A stretch of 64,000 nucleotides of DNA, taken from the NCBI GenBank assembly GCA_016209895.1, contig JACQVH010000157.1, forward strand, positions 4,206-68,205, in the 5' to 3' direction. The notes under the pieces are model-generated. The model saw only the letters and a list, made by a program, of their open reading frames with translations, had not been told where the DNA came from and did not search any database. The translations under genes were made by a program, and so were the position numbers. Numbering within the stretch: position 1 is the stretch's first letter; each line of letters starts with the position of its first letter. Shown piece after piece: positions 9,338-20,078 of the stretch. This stretch comes from Candidatus Hydrogenedentota bacterium. GTDB lineage: Bacteria; Hydrogenedentota; Hydrogenedentia; Hydrogenedentales; SLHB01.

Positions 9338-12322
9338 ATGGCAACAACTTCTCCCACGATTGCCGAAGCTGACCGGGTTCGGGCGACTGCCGCCGAACTT
9401 CTGCGCCACATGCACGATACGGCGCCCAGCGTCTTTCAACCGCGGGCGTTGACGGGGCGTCTACTGAACTGGGTCATGCACGACCCGGAACTGAAGGTGG
9501 ATTTGTTCCGTTTGGTGGATGTGCTGCCCTCGCTTCGTTCAGCTAGGGAAATCCAGGCGCATATTTCGGAATATCTGCGACCCAACGCGCGCAAGCTGCC
9601 GTCTTGGCTGGGGCCGATCCTGAAATTCGCCACCGGCGGATTGACCGCGGGTCTCACCGCCGGCGCAGTACGGAAGATGGTCGAGGAGGTCGCGCGGCAG
9701 TTTATTGTTGGCGAGGACTGGACACACGCGCTGCCACGCCTGAGGAAGCTACATGAATCGGGTTTGGGCGCTACCGTTGACTTGGTAGGGGAAGTGACGG
9801 TAAGCCATGAAGAGGCGGATGCGTACCAGTCCAGCTACCTGGGACTCATTGACGCGCTTAGCGAGGAATCGCAGCGTTGGCCGTCCCGTGACGTTCTGGA
9901 TCGAAACCATCTCGGACTCATCCCACGGGCCAACGTGTCTCTGAAGCTGTCCGCCCTGGAACCCTTCCTCGATCCCGTGGACACAGCGGGCAGCATCGCA
10001 CGCTTGCGGGAGCGCGTTATTCCAATTCTGCTCCGAGCGCGCGAAAGAAACGTGTTCGTGAATGTGGATATGGAGACATGGGCGTTACACGGCATTATTC
10101 TGGGGTTCCTGGAAGGTGCGTTGCGGCATCCCGAGCTACGCGCGTGGCCGCACGTCGGGGTGGCAGTTCAGGCATACTTGCGGAACGCGCAGACAGACTT
10201 GGATACGATACTGGAAATGGCGCGGCAACGCGAGGCGCCGATCACGGTGAGGCTCGTGAAGGGCGCCTATTGGGAACAGGAAGTAATTCGCGCGCGACAG
10301 CACGGTTATCGGGTGCCGGTATGGGAATCCAAATCCGCGACCGATCGCAATTTCGAGAGGCTATCAACATTCCTGTTCGAACATTGCGAACACCTGCTAC
10401 CGGCATTCGGCAGCCATAATTTACGCTCTGTCTCATTTGCGCTGACACAGGCCGAAGCATTAAACGTTTCCGACGAGGCGTTTGAGTTCCAAATGTTGTA
10501 CGGTATGGCGGAGCCGCTGCGCGACGCATTGCGGGAGAGGGGTCATCGTGTGCGAGTGTATGCGCCGATTGGCGAACTCATCCCCGGCATGGCGTACTTA
10601 GTGCGCCGACTCTTGGAGAACACTTCGAACGAAGGTTTTCTGCGACAATCCTACTTCGAGAGGGTAGATCTCGAGGCGCTTCTCGCAGCGCCAGAAACGT
10701 CGCCGTCGCCGTCGAAGCCCGCGTGGGAACCACGACCTGATCTTTCGCCGCCGTTCACCAATTGTCCGCATCGGGATTTCACTGACACCGAGGAACGACA
10801 GCGATTGGCCGCAGCGGTGGAACGCTCTTCCGGTTTGCTACCGATGAAGGTTCCGGTGCGTATTTCCAGAGATGGTCAACATCCGAAAACCGTGATGGAA
10901 CGGTTCTCCCCCAATGACCGGAACCAATGCGTGGCGTTGGTGGAGATGGGGACCAAAGACGACGCCGAACGGGCGGTCGAGGCGGCGATGGCCGCGTGGC
11001 CTTCATGGCGCAATACCTCGGTGGAATACCGGGCACACCTCCTTGAAACGCTCGCGGGCGGTCTCTGGGAGGATCGGGTGCGGCTTGCCGCTCTCGAAGT
11101 GCACGAAGTGGGAAAGCCTTGGACCGAGGCCGACGCGGACGTGGCCGAAGCGATTGATTTTTGTCGGTACTACGCGCGTCGAGCGTTGGCCGAGTTGCTG
11201 CCCGAACAGATCGGCGAAGCGCCGGGGGAAATCAACCAACTTATTTACGAAGGCCGCGGCCCCACCGTCGTCATCGCGCCCTGGAATTTTCCGCTTGCGA
11301 TCTTGTGCGGCATGACTACGGCAGCGCTCGTCGCCGGCAACACCGTCATCATGAAACCGGCGGAACAATCCAGCGCGACTGCAAATGCGCTCCACGAGCA
11401 CTTACTCGACGCCGGCTACCCACCGAACGTAGTGCAGTTCCTCCCGGGCCGTGGCGAAGACGTGGGACCCACTTTGGTCGAGCACCCGCTGACGGCGCAA
11501 GTGGCCTTTACAGGAAGTCGCGGCGTGGGACTTTCGATCTGGCAGCGCGCCGCCGTGCATCGGTCCGGCCAACGACTGCTCAAACACGTTATCTGCGAGA
11601 TGGGAGGCAAAAACGCGATACTCGTGGACGAAGACGCCGACTTGGACGAAGCGGTGCAAGGGGTGATGATCAGCGCGTTTAGCTACGCGGGCCAGAAGTG
11701 TTCGGCGTGCTCGCGGGTGATCGTGCTCCAAGACATCGCGCACAACTTCCTCGACCGGCTGGTAGAAGCTTGCCGCAGCCTTGTAGTCGGTCCGAGCACT
11801 GAACCGTCATGTCAACTGGGACCGGTGATAGACGAGGAGGCATACCTCCGTTTAATGGAGATTATCGAGGATCCGGGTACCGACGTGGAAGTCTTGTATC
11901 GAGGAAGTGCTCCTTCGGATAACGGGTACTTCGTACCACCACTCGTGGTGAAGGCTACAGATTGCCAGTGCCGTCTAATGCAGGATGAGTTATTCGGCCC
12001 TATCCTGTGTGTGCTCGTCGTCAGCTCGTTTGACGGGGGGTTGGACACGGCGTTGTCGAGCGACTTTGCTTTGACCGGCGGTGTCTACTCGCGCCGGCCG
12101 AGCCACATTGAGGAGGCTCGGCGACGGTTTCGGGTCGGAAATCTTTACGTGAATCGGCCGTGCACGGGCTCCATGGTTGGCCGACAAGCCTTCGGTGGTT
12201 TCGACATGAGCGGCGGCGGGACGAAAGCCGGGGGACCGGGGTATCTGCGCCATTTCGTCAACCCGGTATGCATCACTGAAAACACGGTACGCCGCGGCTT
12301 CGCTCCAGACCTGACCACGTGA
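9338..12322 (+). CDS. putA: Bifunctional proline dehydrogenase / L-glutamate-gamma-semialdehyde (P5C) dehydrogenase PutA (short form, no RHH DNA-binding domain)
   Basis: 994 aa; C-terminal ALDH signatures FTGSRGVG, ICEMGGKNAILVDEDADLDEA, catalytic Cys region QKCSACSR; N-terminal PRODH barrel. Confidence 0.9.
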   Translation: MATTSPTIAEADRVRATAAELLRHMHDTAPSVFQPRALTGRLLNWVMHDPELKVDLFRLVDVLPSLRSAREIQAHISEYLRPNARKLPSWLGPILKFATGGLTAGLTAGAVRKMVEEVARQFIVGEDWTHALPRLRKLHESGLGATVDLVGEVTVSHEEADAYQSSYLGLIDALSEESQRWPSRDVLDRNHLGLIPRANVSLKLSALEPFLDPVDTAGSIARLRERVIPILLRARERNVFVNVDMETWALHGIILGFLEGALRHPELRAWPHVGVAVQAYLRNAQTDLDTILEMARQREAPITVRLVKGAYWEQEVIRARQHGYRVPVWESKSATDRNFERLSTFLFEHCEHLLPAFGSHNLRSVSFALTQAEALNVSDEAFEFQMLYGMAEPLRDALRERGHRVRVYAPIGELIPGMAYLVRRLLENTSNEGFLRQSYFERVDLEALLAAPETSPSPSKPAWEPRPDLSPPFTNCPHRDFTDTEERQRLAAAVERSSGLLPMKVPVRISRDGQHPKTVMERFSPNDRNQCVALVEMGTKDDAERAVEAAMAAWPSWRNTSVEYRAHLLETLAGGLWEDRVRLAALEVHEVGKPWTEADADVAEAIDFCRYYARRALAELLPEQIGEAPGEINQLIYEGRGPTVVIAPWNFPLAILCGMTTAALVAGNTVIMKPAEQSSATANALHEHLLDAGYPPNVVQFLPGRGEDVGPTLVEHPLTAQVAFTGSRGVGLSIWQRAAVHRSGQRLLKHVICEMGGKNAILVDEDADLDEAVQGVMISAFSYAGQKCSACSRVIVLQDIAHNFLDRLVEACRSLVVGPSTEPSCQLGPVIDEEAYLRLMEIIEDPGTDVEVLYRGSAPSDNGYFVPPLVVKATDCQCRLMQDELFGPILCVLVVSSFDGGLDTALSSDFALTGGVYSRRPSHIEEARRRFRVGNLYVNRPCTGSMVGRQAFGGFDMSGGGTKAGGPGYLRHFVNPVCITENTVRRGFAPDLTT

Positions 12323-12538
12323 GACGAGAGGGCCTCAAAACGTGCGAAAATAGGACGCACGATGGGAGTACGAATAAGGCCCAAACAAATACCAGTGCGA
12401 ACTTCTGAAGAGCCTTGTGCCTACTCCGGATTGAATGGGCTTCTTCGGTCCGAGGGGTCCTCGCGGAATAGTGCGAATCAGGTCGCTTGTTGAAAAAATG
12501 ACGGGTAGGACGGTTGAGGGGCGGGATTAACGGGTCCG

Positions 12539-13615
12539 ATGGACGTTAAAAAAATGACCGCAATGAAGCGGGAATCGGGTGGGGCCGTTTCGTATCCCGC
12601 CGAATCGAGTCAGGAAATCCTCTATAAAATCTTCGAGAACGCACCCGACGCGATTCTATTGGTGGATATGGAAGGGCGGATTACGATGGCCAATGCCCAA
12701 GCCGAAAACATGTTCGGCTACCGGCGGGAAGAGTTATTGGGCCAACCAGTTGAAATATTGATCCCCCCGAGACTCGCCGCGCGTCACGTCAAATACCGGG
12801 CGGAATACGGCGCGGCTCCACGCATTCGACCGATGGGAGCCGGTTTGGAATTGTTCGGGCACCGCAAGGATGGCTCGGAGTTCCCGGTGGACATCATGCT
12901 CAGTCCGCTGGAGGTCGAGGGAAGTAGTCTATTTCTGGGGGTGGTCCGCGATACTACGGAGCGCAAACGGATCGAGACGCAGGCGGCGCGCGTCCGGGAG
13001 ATGTATCTGAAAGAGGTTCACCACCGTGTTAAGAACAATCTCCAAGTTATCTCTTCCCTGTTCTATCTACAATCTACCTATACGTCCGACCCGAGAATTC
13101 TCGAGATTCTTCTGGAGAGCCAAAGCCGGGTACGGTCGATCTCGCTTATCCACGAGAAACTCTACCGTTCGCCCAGACTGGGAAAACTGGATTTCGGCGA
13201 ATATGTCCAAGACCTGGTAGCCGACCTTCTGCGGACCTACGATATCCAGCGAGAAAGTCTTGCCGTACACACGAGCGTTGACGATATTCATTTGGGGGTG
13301 GACACCGCAGTCCCGTGCGGTCTGATCATAAATGAACTGATAACGAATGTGTTCAAACATGCCTTCCCGGCCGGGCGCGTGGGAGCAGCCGGCGTTGAAT
13401 TGTTTCCATTGGGGCTCACGGATTTTCGCCTCGTGGTCTGGGATAACGGGGTGGGTTTACCACCCGATTTCGATTGGCGGACCACGAACTCACTGGGCCT
13501 GAAATTGGTCCACGATTTGACACGTCAACTGGAAGGCACGATGGAGGTGCGTTCCAACCATGGCGCGATGTTCTTAATTCGGTTCAAGGAACTGCAATAC
13601 AAAGACAGGAGTTAG
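12539..13615 (+). CDS. PAS-domain sensor histidine kinase, HisKA_2/HWE type
   Basis: PAS (ILLVDMEGRITMANAQAENMFGY); H-box EVHHRVKNNLQVISSLFYLQ typical of HisKA_2; C-terminal HATPase_c. Confidence 0.75.
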   Translation: MDVKKMTAMKRESGGAVSYPAESSQEILYKIFENAPDAILLVDMEGRITMANAQAENMFGYRREELLGQPVEILIPPRLAARHVKYRAEYGAAPRIRPMGAGLELFGHRKDGSEFPVDIMLSPLEVEGSSLFLGVVRDTTERKRIETQAARVREMYLKEVHHRVKNNLQVISSLFYLQSTYTSDPRILEILLESQSRVRSISLIHEKLYRSPRLGKLDFGEYVQDLVADLLRTYDIQRESLAVHTSVDDIHLGVDTAVPCGLIINELITNVFKHAFPAGRVGAAGVELFPLGLTDFRLVVWDNGVGLPPDFDWRTTNSLGLKLVHDLTRQLEGTMEVRSNHGAMFLIRFKELQYKDRS

Positions 13616-13619
13616 CATC

Positions 13620-16028
13620 ATGCCTAGAACCAAAATTCTCATCGTAGACGATGAGATTCTCATTGCGCGGGAATTAGAAGCGCGGTTGACCAGCATGGGA
13701 TATCAAGTTTCTGGGATCGCTGCGTCGGGAACGGACGCGATCCGGCTCGCCGGCGAAAGTCATCCGGACGTGGTGTTGATGGATATCGTTCTAAAAGGGG
13801 ACATGGATGGCGTCGAGGCGGCTGGAGAGATTCGTCGGAACTGCCAGATTCCCGTCATCTATGTGACGGCCTATACCGACGACCGGACGTTGGAACGGGC
13901 AAAGATTACCGAACCGTTCGGCTACGTGGTCAAGCCGTTCTCGGAGCGCGAATTGAAGGCCAACATCGAAATGGCTCTGTATAAACACCAGGCGGAAGCG
14001 CGGCTACGCAAGGTCGAGCAATGGTTCGCGGACGCGCTCGAAGAACCGGCCGACGCCGTGATCGCCGCGGATCGCGAAGGGCGTATCACGGTGTTCAGCC
14101 CCGCGGCGGAGGCGGTGACCGCCTGGGCGAAAGAAGAGGTAATCGGACGGAAGCTGGGGGACGTCCTGCGTCTGGTCCACCGTGGCAACGGCCAGCCCAT
14201 ATCGCTGGAAGACGCGGCGGACGGACCGGTGGTATGCCTGGCCAAGGATACGCTTCTGGTGGACAAATCGGACGAAACGATTCCGATTGACAGCATGACC
14301 AGTTGTCTGCGCGACGACGAAGACCGTCCAATGGGTACGGTCTCGGTCTTTCGGGACGTCATGGGTCAGCGGCACGGCGCCTTGGTCGCACTCAATTGCG
14401 AGGTGGCGCTAATTGTCGCGGAAGCCGTTTCGCTTCAAGGCATGCTTCAACTCTGCGCCGAGTCGGTAGCGCGGGGTACCAACGCCGCCTTGGTACGTAT
14501 TTGGACACTGGATGAACTGCGCAATGTCTTGGAGCTCCAGGCGGGCGCGGGTGCGTATACCGTGTTGCACGGACCCCGAAGTAAGATTCCCCTCGGTCAC
14601 TTTGAGATCGGGCGAATCGCGATGGAACGGAAAGCCATCCGAACCAATGATTTGTTCCGGGGGCCTCACGTGAGCGATCCGGAGTGGATTCGTCGGGAAG
14701 GAATTATCGCGCTGGCGGGATATCCGCTGCTGGTCGGCGGCCGATTGCTGGGCGTATTGGCCGTGTTCTCCCGGCGGACTTTTGCGAGCAATACCTTCGA
14801 CGCGCTGGAGTCAGCGGCACGCACAATGGCTCTCGGAATCGAACGGAAGTTGCTCGAAGAGCAACTCCGTGAAAGCCAGAAAATGGAAGCGATCGGCCAA
14901 CTGGCGGGCGGGGTGGCCCATGATTTCAATAACCTGCTGACCATCATCTCCGGATGCAGTGACCTCCTGATGCGGCAGAACGGTCTGGACGAAACCGCTC
15001 GTCGCCACGTGGTCGAGATTGTCAAAGCCGCCGAACGGGCCGCCTCTCTTACCCAGAAGCTGTTGGCTTTCAGCCGGAAGCAATTGCTGCGGCCCCTCGT
15101 ATTGAACTTGAATTCGCTCGTCTACGAGATGGTGAACGTCTTAATGCGATTAGTTGGCGACCGGATCGTCTTGTCCCTTTCACTCGATCCGAGTCTGTCC
15201 AATATCGTGGCCGACCCCGGAAATCTGGAACAGGTCATAATGAATTTGACGATCAACGCCCGCGACGCCATGCCGGACGGGGGCAAGCTCACTCTCGAGA
15301 CGCGCAATCTGCGCGCGGACGAAGCACCCGTGCAGGCCCGCCAACAATCAACCGTGGAGAATTTTGTGATGCTGGCGGTCAGCGACACCGGGTGCGGAAT
15401 GACGCCCGAAGTCTTGGCCCACGTTTTCGAGCCGTTCTTTACGACGAAGGAACGTGGAAAGGGCAGCGGCCTGGGCCTGTCCACGACTTACGGTATCGTT
15501 ACCCAAAGCGGCGGTCACGTAGAGGTCCAAAGTCAACCGAACGTGGGAACATCCGTGCGCGTGTTTTTGCCGAGTACGGAAAAGCCGCTCCCTTCACGGC
15601 CGCCGGATCAGGTGGAGACACTGACCGAAGGCCGGGAGACAATCCTGGTCGTGGAAGATGAAGACACCTTGCGGAGCCTTATTTCGAGTGTCCTAAGCGT
15701 ATGCGGATATACCGTGCTGGAGGCCTCGAATGGAAATCAAGCGTTGCAGATGGTAGAGGGTCATCCGGAACCCATTGACCTGGTCTTAACCGACGTGGTC
15801 ATGCCGGAGATGGATGGGCGACGCCTCGCCGAGCAACTCACGCACGTGCGGCCCGACGCCAAAGTGCTGTACATGACGGGGTATACGGAAGAAGCCGTAA
15901 TTCGCGACCAAGTGCGGGAAGCGTCGGCAGACTTCGTCCAGAAGCCGTTTACGCCGGGCGTCTTAACGAAGAAAATCCGAGAGTTCCTGGACAAGTCTCT
16001 GACGCCGCACCCTGCGAGAAAGCGTTGA
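13620..16028 (+). CDS. Hybrid sensor histidine kinase / response regulator (REC-PAS-GAF-HisKA-HATPase-REC)
   Basis: N-terminal REC (KILIVDDE...D), His[16 protein letters not shown], HATPase DTGCGMTPE...GSGLGLS, C-terminal [11 protein letters not shown]...[13 protein letters not shown]. Confidence 0.85.
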   Translation: MPRTKILIVDDEILIARELEARLTSMGYQVSGIAASGTDAIRLAGESHPDVVLMDIVLKGDMDGVEAAGEIRRNCQIPVIYVTAYTDDRTLERAKITEPFGYVVKPFSERELKANIEMALYKHQAEARLRKVEQWFADALEEPADAVIAADREGRITVFSPAAEAVTAWAKEEVIGRKLGDVLRLVHRGNGQPISLEDAADGPVVCLAKDTLLVDKSDETIPIDSMTSCLRDDEDRPMGTVSVFRDVMGQRHGALVALNCEVALIVAEAVSLQGMLQLCAESVARGTNAALVRIWTLDELRNVLELQAGAGAYTVLHGPRSKIPLGHFEIGRIAMERKAIRTNDLFRGPHVSDPEWIRREGIIALAGYPLLVGGRLLGVLAVFSRRTFASNTFDALESAARTMALGIERKLLEEQLRESQKMEAIGQLAGGVAHDFNNLLTIISGCSDLLMRQNGLDETARRHVVEIVKAAERAASLTQKLLAFSRKQLLRPLVLNLNSLVYEMVNVLMRLVGDRIVLSLSLDPSLSNIVADPGNLEQVIMNLTINARDAMPDGGKLTLETRNLRADEAPVQARQQSTVENFVMLAVSDTGCGMTPEVLAHVFEPFFTTKERGKGSGLGLSTTYGIVTQSGGHVEVQSQPNVGTSVRVFLPSTEKPLPSRPPDQVETLTEGRETILVVEDEDTLRSLISSVLSVCGYTVLEASNGNQALQMVEGHPEPIDLVLTDVVMPEMDGRRLAEQLTHVRPDAKVLYMTGYTEEAVIRDQVREASADFVQKPFTPGVLTKKIREFLDKSLTPHPARKR

Positions 16029-16089
16029 ATGTGCCCGTGCAACTCACGCTTCATGCAAGAATGTGCCGGGAGCGGGAATCCGGCGACGA

Positions 16090-17490
16090 CTAGACTTGGC
16101 TCGCGATTTCGATATTTCGGTCTCTCGGGTCCAGCGACCGGACAATTGAGCGGAGATACGAGCCGTCCGACGCCTTTTCGCTGAGATTAATCAACTCGTT
16201 TCCGCCGCGCCCATTTACGGATGCCGATACCGGCCGCACCCACGGACGAAACACGTCGTCGGGATTCGGCTTACACACGGCCGCGACTGCACCGTCATCC
16301 AGTTCTACGACGCTGCCCACGGGATAGACCCCCGACAACTGTACAAACACTTTAGTCAACAGCGGGTGGAAGGTCGTGCCGCGCCCATTCAAGATGATTT
16401 GCATGGCCCGGTCGGGGAGCAGCGCTTTGCGGTAGCTACGATCGGAGGTGAGGGCGTCAAACACGTCGGCGATGGTCACCAAGTGGCTCAGGAAATGGAG
16501 CCTGCCAAGTCGCTGAAAATTCGGATAACCCGTCATATTGTAGTGAGCATGATGCTGCGCGGCGATGGTAATGGCGAGTCCGTCAACGTCTTCCTGCCCC
16601 GCCAGGATTCGGGCGCCGTCCACGGGGTGTTTTTGCATGATTTTGAACTCGGCCTCGGTCAAGCGTCCCGGTTTGTCGAGGATTTCCATGGGGGTCTTGA
16701 CCTTCCCGATGTCATGCAGCAGCGCTGCGACCCCGAGCCGGTGCATTTGGCGATCACCGAAATGTAGCTTGGATGCGATGAGCAGACTGAGGATGGCGAC
16801 GTTCGTGGAATGAAAAAAGGTATACTCATGAAAGCTCTTCACGCGACTGAGGTCCAAATAGAGATCGGCCTGCCGCGCGATACCTGCGACCACTAAGCCA
16901 ACCGTGTTCTCGAGGACGGATACGTTCACTTTTGACTTGTCGGTGGCATCCATGAACGCAGCGATAACGGTCTGCACGACGGTGCGATAGATGTCGCGTG
17001 ATACGCGAACTGCCTCGCGAGCCTTAGGACCCGCGGCCACCATTCCGGGCAGTACCAGCGTCTTCTGGTCGAGGGCAATGCGACGCACACCGTCGCGTTC
17101 GAGGAGGGTCCGAATGCCGCCGGCCTCCTGAAGATCGGAAGGCTTCCCGACGCTCAACGTGATGAACTTGCTTAGTTCCTCCTCGGTCACTCCCCGGCGA
17201 AACGTAATGGCGCTGACTTTCCGAGCGGCAAAGTCCTTCACCAAGGCCAGAAAGGCGGCCTGTTCATCAATCAGTCGGGCACCGTCAAAGTACAGTTCCT
17301 CGTCGGCGACGGAGAGCGTCACGTCGTCCTTTTCGTGAAGGAACCGCGCCAATTCCTGTAGAAAGCCCCGCAGCGAATCGAGCACGTAAGGATGGTCGCT
17401 GGGGTACATCCGGGCCTTTTTTCGGGCGGCGGTAAGGTGCTGCAGGAGTGTCTTGACTCCCCCCGCCATCTCTTGAATCGCCTGGACCAT
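16090..17490 (-). CDS. HD-GYP domain c-di-GMP phosphodiesterase with N-terminal regulatory region
   Basis: HD...HDIGK and GYP-region motifs (ALLHDIGKVKTPMEILDKPGRLTEAEFKIMQKHP). Confidence 0.8.
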   Translation of the reverse strand: MVQAIQEMAGGVKTLLQHLTAARKKARMYPSDHPYVLDSLRGFLQELARFLHEKDDVTLSVADEELYFDGARLIDEQAAFLALVKDFAARKVSAITFRRGVTEEELSKFITLSVGKPSDLQEAGGIRTLLERDGVRRIALDQKTLVLPGMVAAGPKAREAVRVSRDIYRTVVQTVIAAFMDATDKSKVNVSVLENTVGLVVAGIARQADLYLDLSRVKSFHEYTFFHSTNVAILSLLIASKLHFGDRQMHRLGVAALLHDIGKVKTPMEILDKPGRLTEAEFKIMQKHPVDGARILAGQEDVDGLAITIAAQHHAHYNMTGYPNFQRLGRLHFLSHLVTIADVFDALTSDRSYRKALLPDRAMQIILNGRGTTFHPLLTKVFVQLSGVYPVGSVVELDDGAVAAVCKPNPDDVFRPWVRPVSASVNGRGGNELINLSEKASDGSYLRSIVRSLDPRDRNIEIASQV

Positions 17491-17492
17491 GC

Positions 17493-19889
17493 TTAGTTCG
17501 ACGCCTTTCCGAGTCTGCCGGCTCGTGAGAGGTCCGTGACCTCGAGTTTCGCGATGGCCTCTTCACAGGCTTGCAGCATCTCATCGCGCCTCTTCGCCAG
17601 CGAGCGCCGGAGTCGTGCGGCCAACTTCCGAACCGCCGTCGCCTCGTCTTCGGTACCAAGGTTTGCAATCGCCCGAACCACTCCGATCACGAGGTCGGGG
17701 CGTCTTCTGCGAGTCGCCTTGTGCTGCTGATCGAGCACTTCTCGGAGCACCGGCAACGCGTTAGCTGCGCCCATCACCCCGAGCCATTCCGCGGCCAGAC
17801 CCTGAATGACGGGGTGATCATCTTCCAAGCAACGAAGCAGGATGGTTTCCGCGCGATTGCCGCCAATGGCCGCCAAGCCGCGCAACACTTCCCGCCGAAC
17901 GCGCATATCTGCGTGATACAACACGCGCTCCAACGCATCAATTCCAGTTTCGGAACCGATCTGGCCGAGGAGATAGGCGACATTGCGCACCACATACCAT
18001 TCTCGCTGCTCAACATTTCGGCTTAAGAAGAAGACCGTGTCCTCCCCGAACCCCACAAACACGGTAAGCAAAAACTGGCGAAGTTTTCGGTCCGGTTCGT
18101 GGGCGATACCATCGAAAACGACCTCGTAGGCGGGTTCGCCGATCTGCCGCAAGAGCTTGGTCAAACGCTGAGAGGTGGGATGCGCCAATCCGACCGAATA
18201 CATCTGATCGAGAATGCGCGCTATGTTCTCGACCGAAGTTAAGACAGCGATGAACGGACGAAGTATTTTGAGGGTAGTCTGGTGTGCCTTGCGCTCCGGA
18301 CCATCCAGTGTCTTTTCGAGGAACTGCGAGACAAAATCGTAGCGTTCTTCGTTGAGCGCGGATTGTAGCGCCCTCGGGAACAATACGGCGACTTCCCGGT
18401 CCGTGGCACTAAAGTCCCCTTCTTCGACCAGATTGAGCGCCACGAGCGCCGCTTCCTCGAGGTCCGGAGAATCATTCGCGGCGCGTACCAACGTGTCTAA
18501 TTCGTAGGCCTCGCCACCGTTCAGGGCCAATTCGTGCGCCAGATACGCATGGTCGTGACTCAGAGGTTCTGATGCCCGAGCGCGCGGCGCTTGATCGCGG
18601 GCGGAAACGAAGTCGTCGCCCGTAACCACCGGCCCCTCCTTGAATAAGCCGGCAATCTTCTGGGCGCGCCGATCACCGGTCTGGACAAGGTTCTCTATGA
18701 CGAGTTGCCGGACCGTCGTACGACGTTCTTCATCGCCGGTGAACTCTTCCAGGAAGTTGGACACGGTGTTGGCGGTGCCGTTGTGCAGGCGCACGTGAGC
18801 GCTCAACAGTCTCGCGACTTCCTCCGGGGGCAGAGCGCCGCTGATCTCGTCGTTGATTCGGTCTCTCCCGATTTGTTCGGCCAAGGCCGAGTCACGGACT
18901 TTAACCCTCGTGTTCGTGTCCGTATTTAATACGGCCTGCGCGATCAACTGTGCGGTTTTCTTCCGATCGGCCTCGGGAAGCGCTCGAATGTTGTCAGCGA
19001 TATGCTGCAACATCTGCTTGAGGACATCAATGGGGACCTCGTCGCTCGTGTCCTCTCCGGGGCCGGACGTGGTCGCGACCAGATCGAATGTCTCGGCCAG
19101 CCTTGCGGGGTTGGCTAGAGTGTTAAACAGATATTGCCGCTTCTCATCTGAGCCTTGGGCGATCTCGAGGAAGAACTGCAGGAGATCGGAGATATCTTCC
19201 GACTGGTCTTCCGGTAATTCATGTAGTTCCTTCCCCGAGGCTTCGCCGGGGCGGCGCCGTAGAGCCTGCCTTTGCCGCAGATATTCCAGCAGGTCGAACG
19301 GGACCGCGCCCGCATCGCCTTCGACCACGCTCAACTGCCTAATGACTTCGAATCCAATGTGGACGAATGGGCGCTCGGCGCCCGAACGTTCCGCGGCCGC
19401 GCCGGTGGCGCGTAAGGCCGCCGCGCGTACGAACTGTTCGAGCTCATCGGGAGTCAGGCTGCGACGAAACCAGAATACCTTGACTCCTTGACGGTAAAGT
19501 TCCCGCGCGTATTGCCCAACCAGTACCTGTCGCGTCCCCAGTGTCTTCCCTTCAAATTGGAAGGCATCGCGACTGACCGTAAGAAGAATCGTTTCGTCGG
19601 TTTCGGATTGTGACCGCGACCCTTGGCCGGCGCTCGGTTCGCCGCGAAATTGAATCCCCGGCGCTCCGGAATTCGCCGACCCGTCCTCCGAGTCGCTAAA
19701 CGACTCTTGGACGGCTTTGGCGGCGGCTTCCACCGTTTCACGGATTTTGGGATTCCCGGTCGGATAAAGCTGGGCCAGCTTGCGCGCTCGGACAAGCAGG
19801 TTCAGCACTCGGTCAACTTTCTTTACCTGCGCGGTCGGCACTCCTGGCTTCCTTCTCCGTCTTTGCCGAGTGAGGTTGCCGATGGGCAA
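17493..19889 (-). CDS. HEAT-repeat protein (PBS-lyase-like HEAT repeats at C-terminus), co-operonic with HD-GYP gene (3-bp gap)
   Basis: C-terminal repeats DMRVRREVLRGLAAIGG / DDHPVIQGLAAEWLGVMG; probable TTG start; function unknown. Confidence 0.5.
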   Translation of the reverse strand: MPIGNLTRQRRRRKPGVPTAQVKKVDRVLNLLVRARKLAQLYPTGNPKIRETVEAAAKAVQESFSDSEDGSANSGAPGIQFRGEPSAGQGSRSQSETDETILLTVSRDAFQFEGKTLGTRQVLVGQYARELYRQGVKVFWFRRSLTPDELEQFVRAAALRATGAAAERSGAERPFVHIGFEVIRQLSVVEGDAGAVPFDLLEYLRQRQALRRRPGEASGKELHELPEDQSEDISDLLQFFLEIAQGSDEKRQYLFNTLANPARLAETFDLVATTSGPGEDTSDEVPIDVLKQMLQHIADNIRALPEADRKKTAQLIAQAVLNTDTNTRVKVRDSALAEQIGRDRINDEISGALPPEEVARLLSAHVRLHNGTANTVSNFLEEFTGDEERRTTVRQLVIENLVQTGDRRAQKIAGLFKEGPVVTGDDFVSARDQAPRARASEPLSHDHAYLAHELALNGGEAYELDTLVRAANDSPDLEEAALVALNLVEEGDFSATDREVAVLFPRALQSALNEERYDFVSQFLEKTLDGPERKAHQTTLKILRPFIAVLTSVENIARILDQMYSVGLAHPTSQRLTKLLRQIGEPAYEVVFDGIAHEPDRKLRQFLLTVFVGFGEDTVFFLSRNVEQREWYVVRNVAYLLGQIGSETGIDALERVLYHADMRVRREVLRGLAAIGGNRAETILLRCLEDDHPVIQGLAAEWLGVMGAANALPVLREVLDQQHKATRRRRPDLVIGVVRAIANLGTEDEATAVRKLAARLRRSLAKRRDEMLQACEEAIAKLEVTDLSRAGRLGKASN

Positions 19890-20078
19890 CTCACACCTTA
19901 ATATTGTGTATTATACATCATCGCGATACTGAATCGCCGCGCTTTACGGCAGCGCGTCCAGGCAGTGTCAGCAATCTCTCCTCATACTACCACAGATTGC
20001 CTGATCTGCGGGCGGGCGTATAATCCACCCGCGCTCCCGTACGAGGGGGTCGCGTTGGGAAAGAAGGAGGATATTCTT

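Noticed and set aside
12323-12538. Possible tRNA/sRNA in the putA-kinase intergenic region
   Set aside because: I could find no cloverleaf-compatible arms or GTTCGAATC-like T-loop. There is only a weak hairpin without a U-tract.
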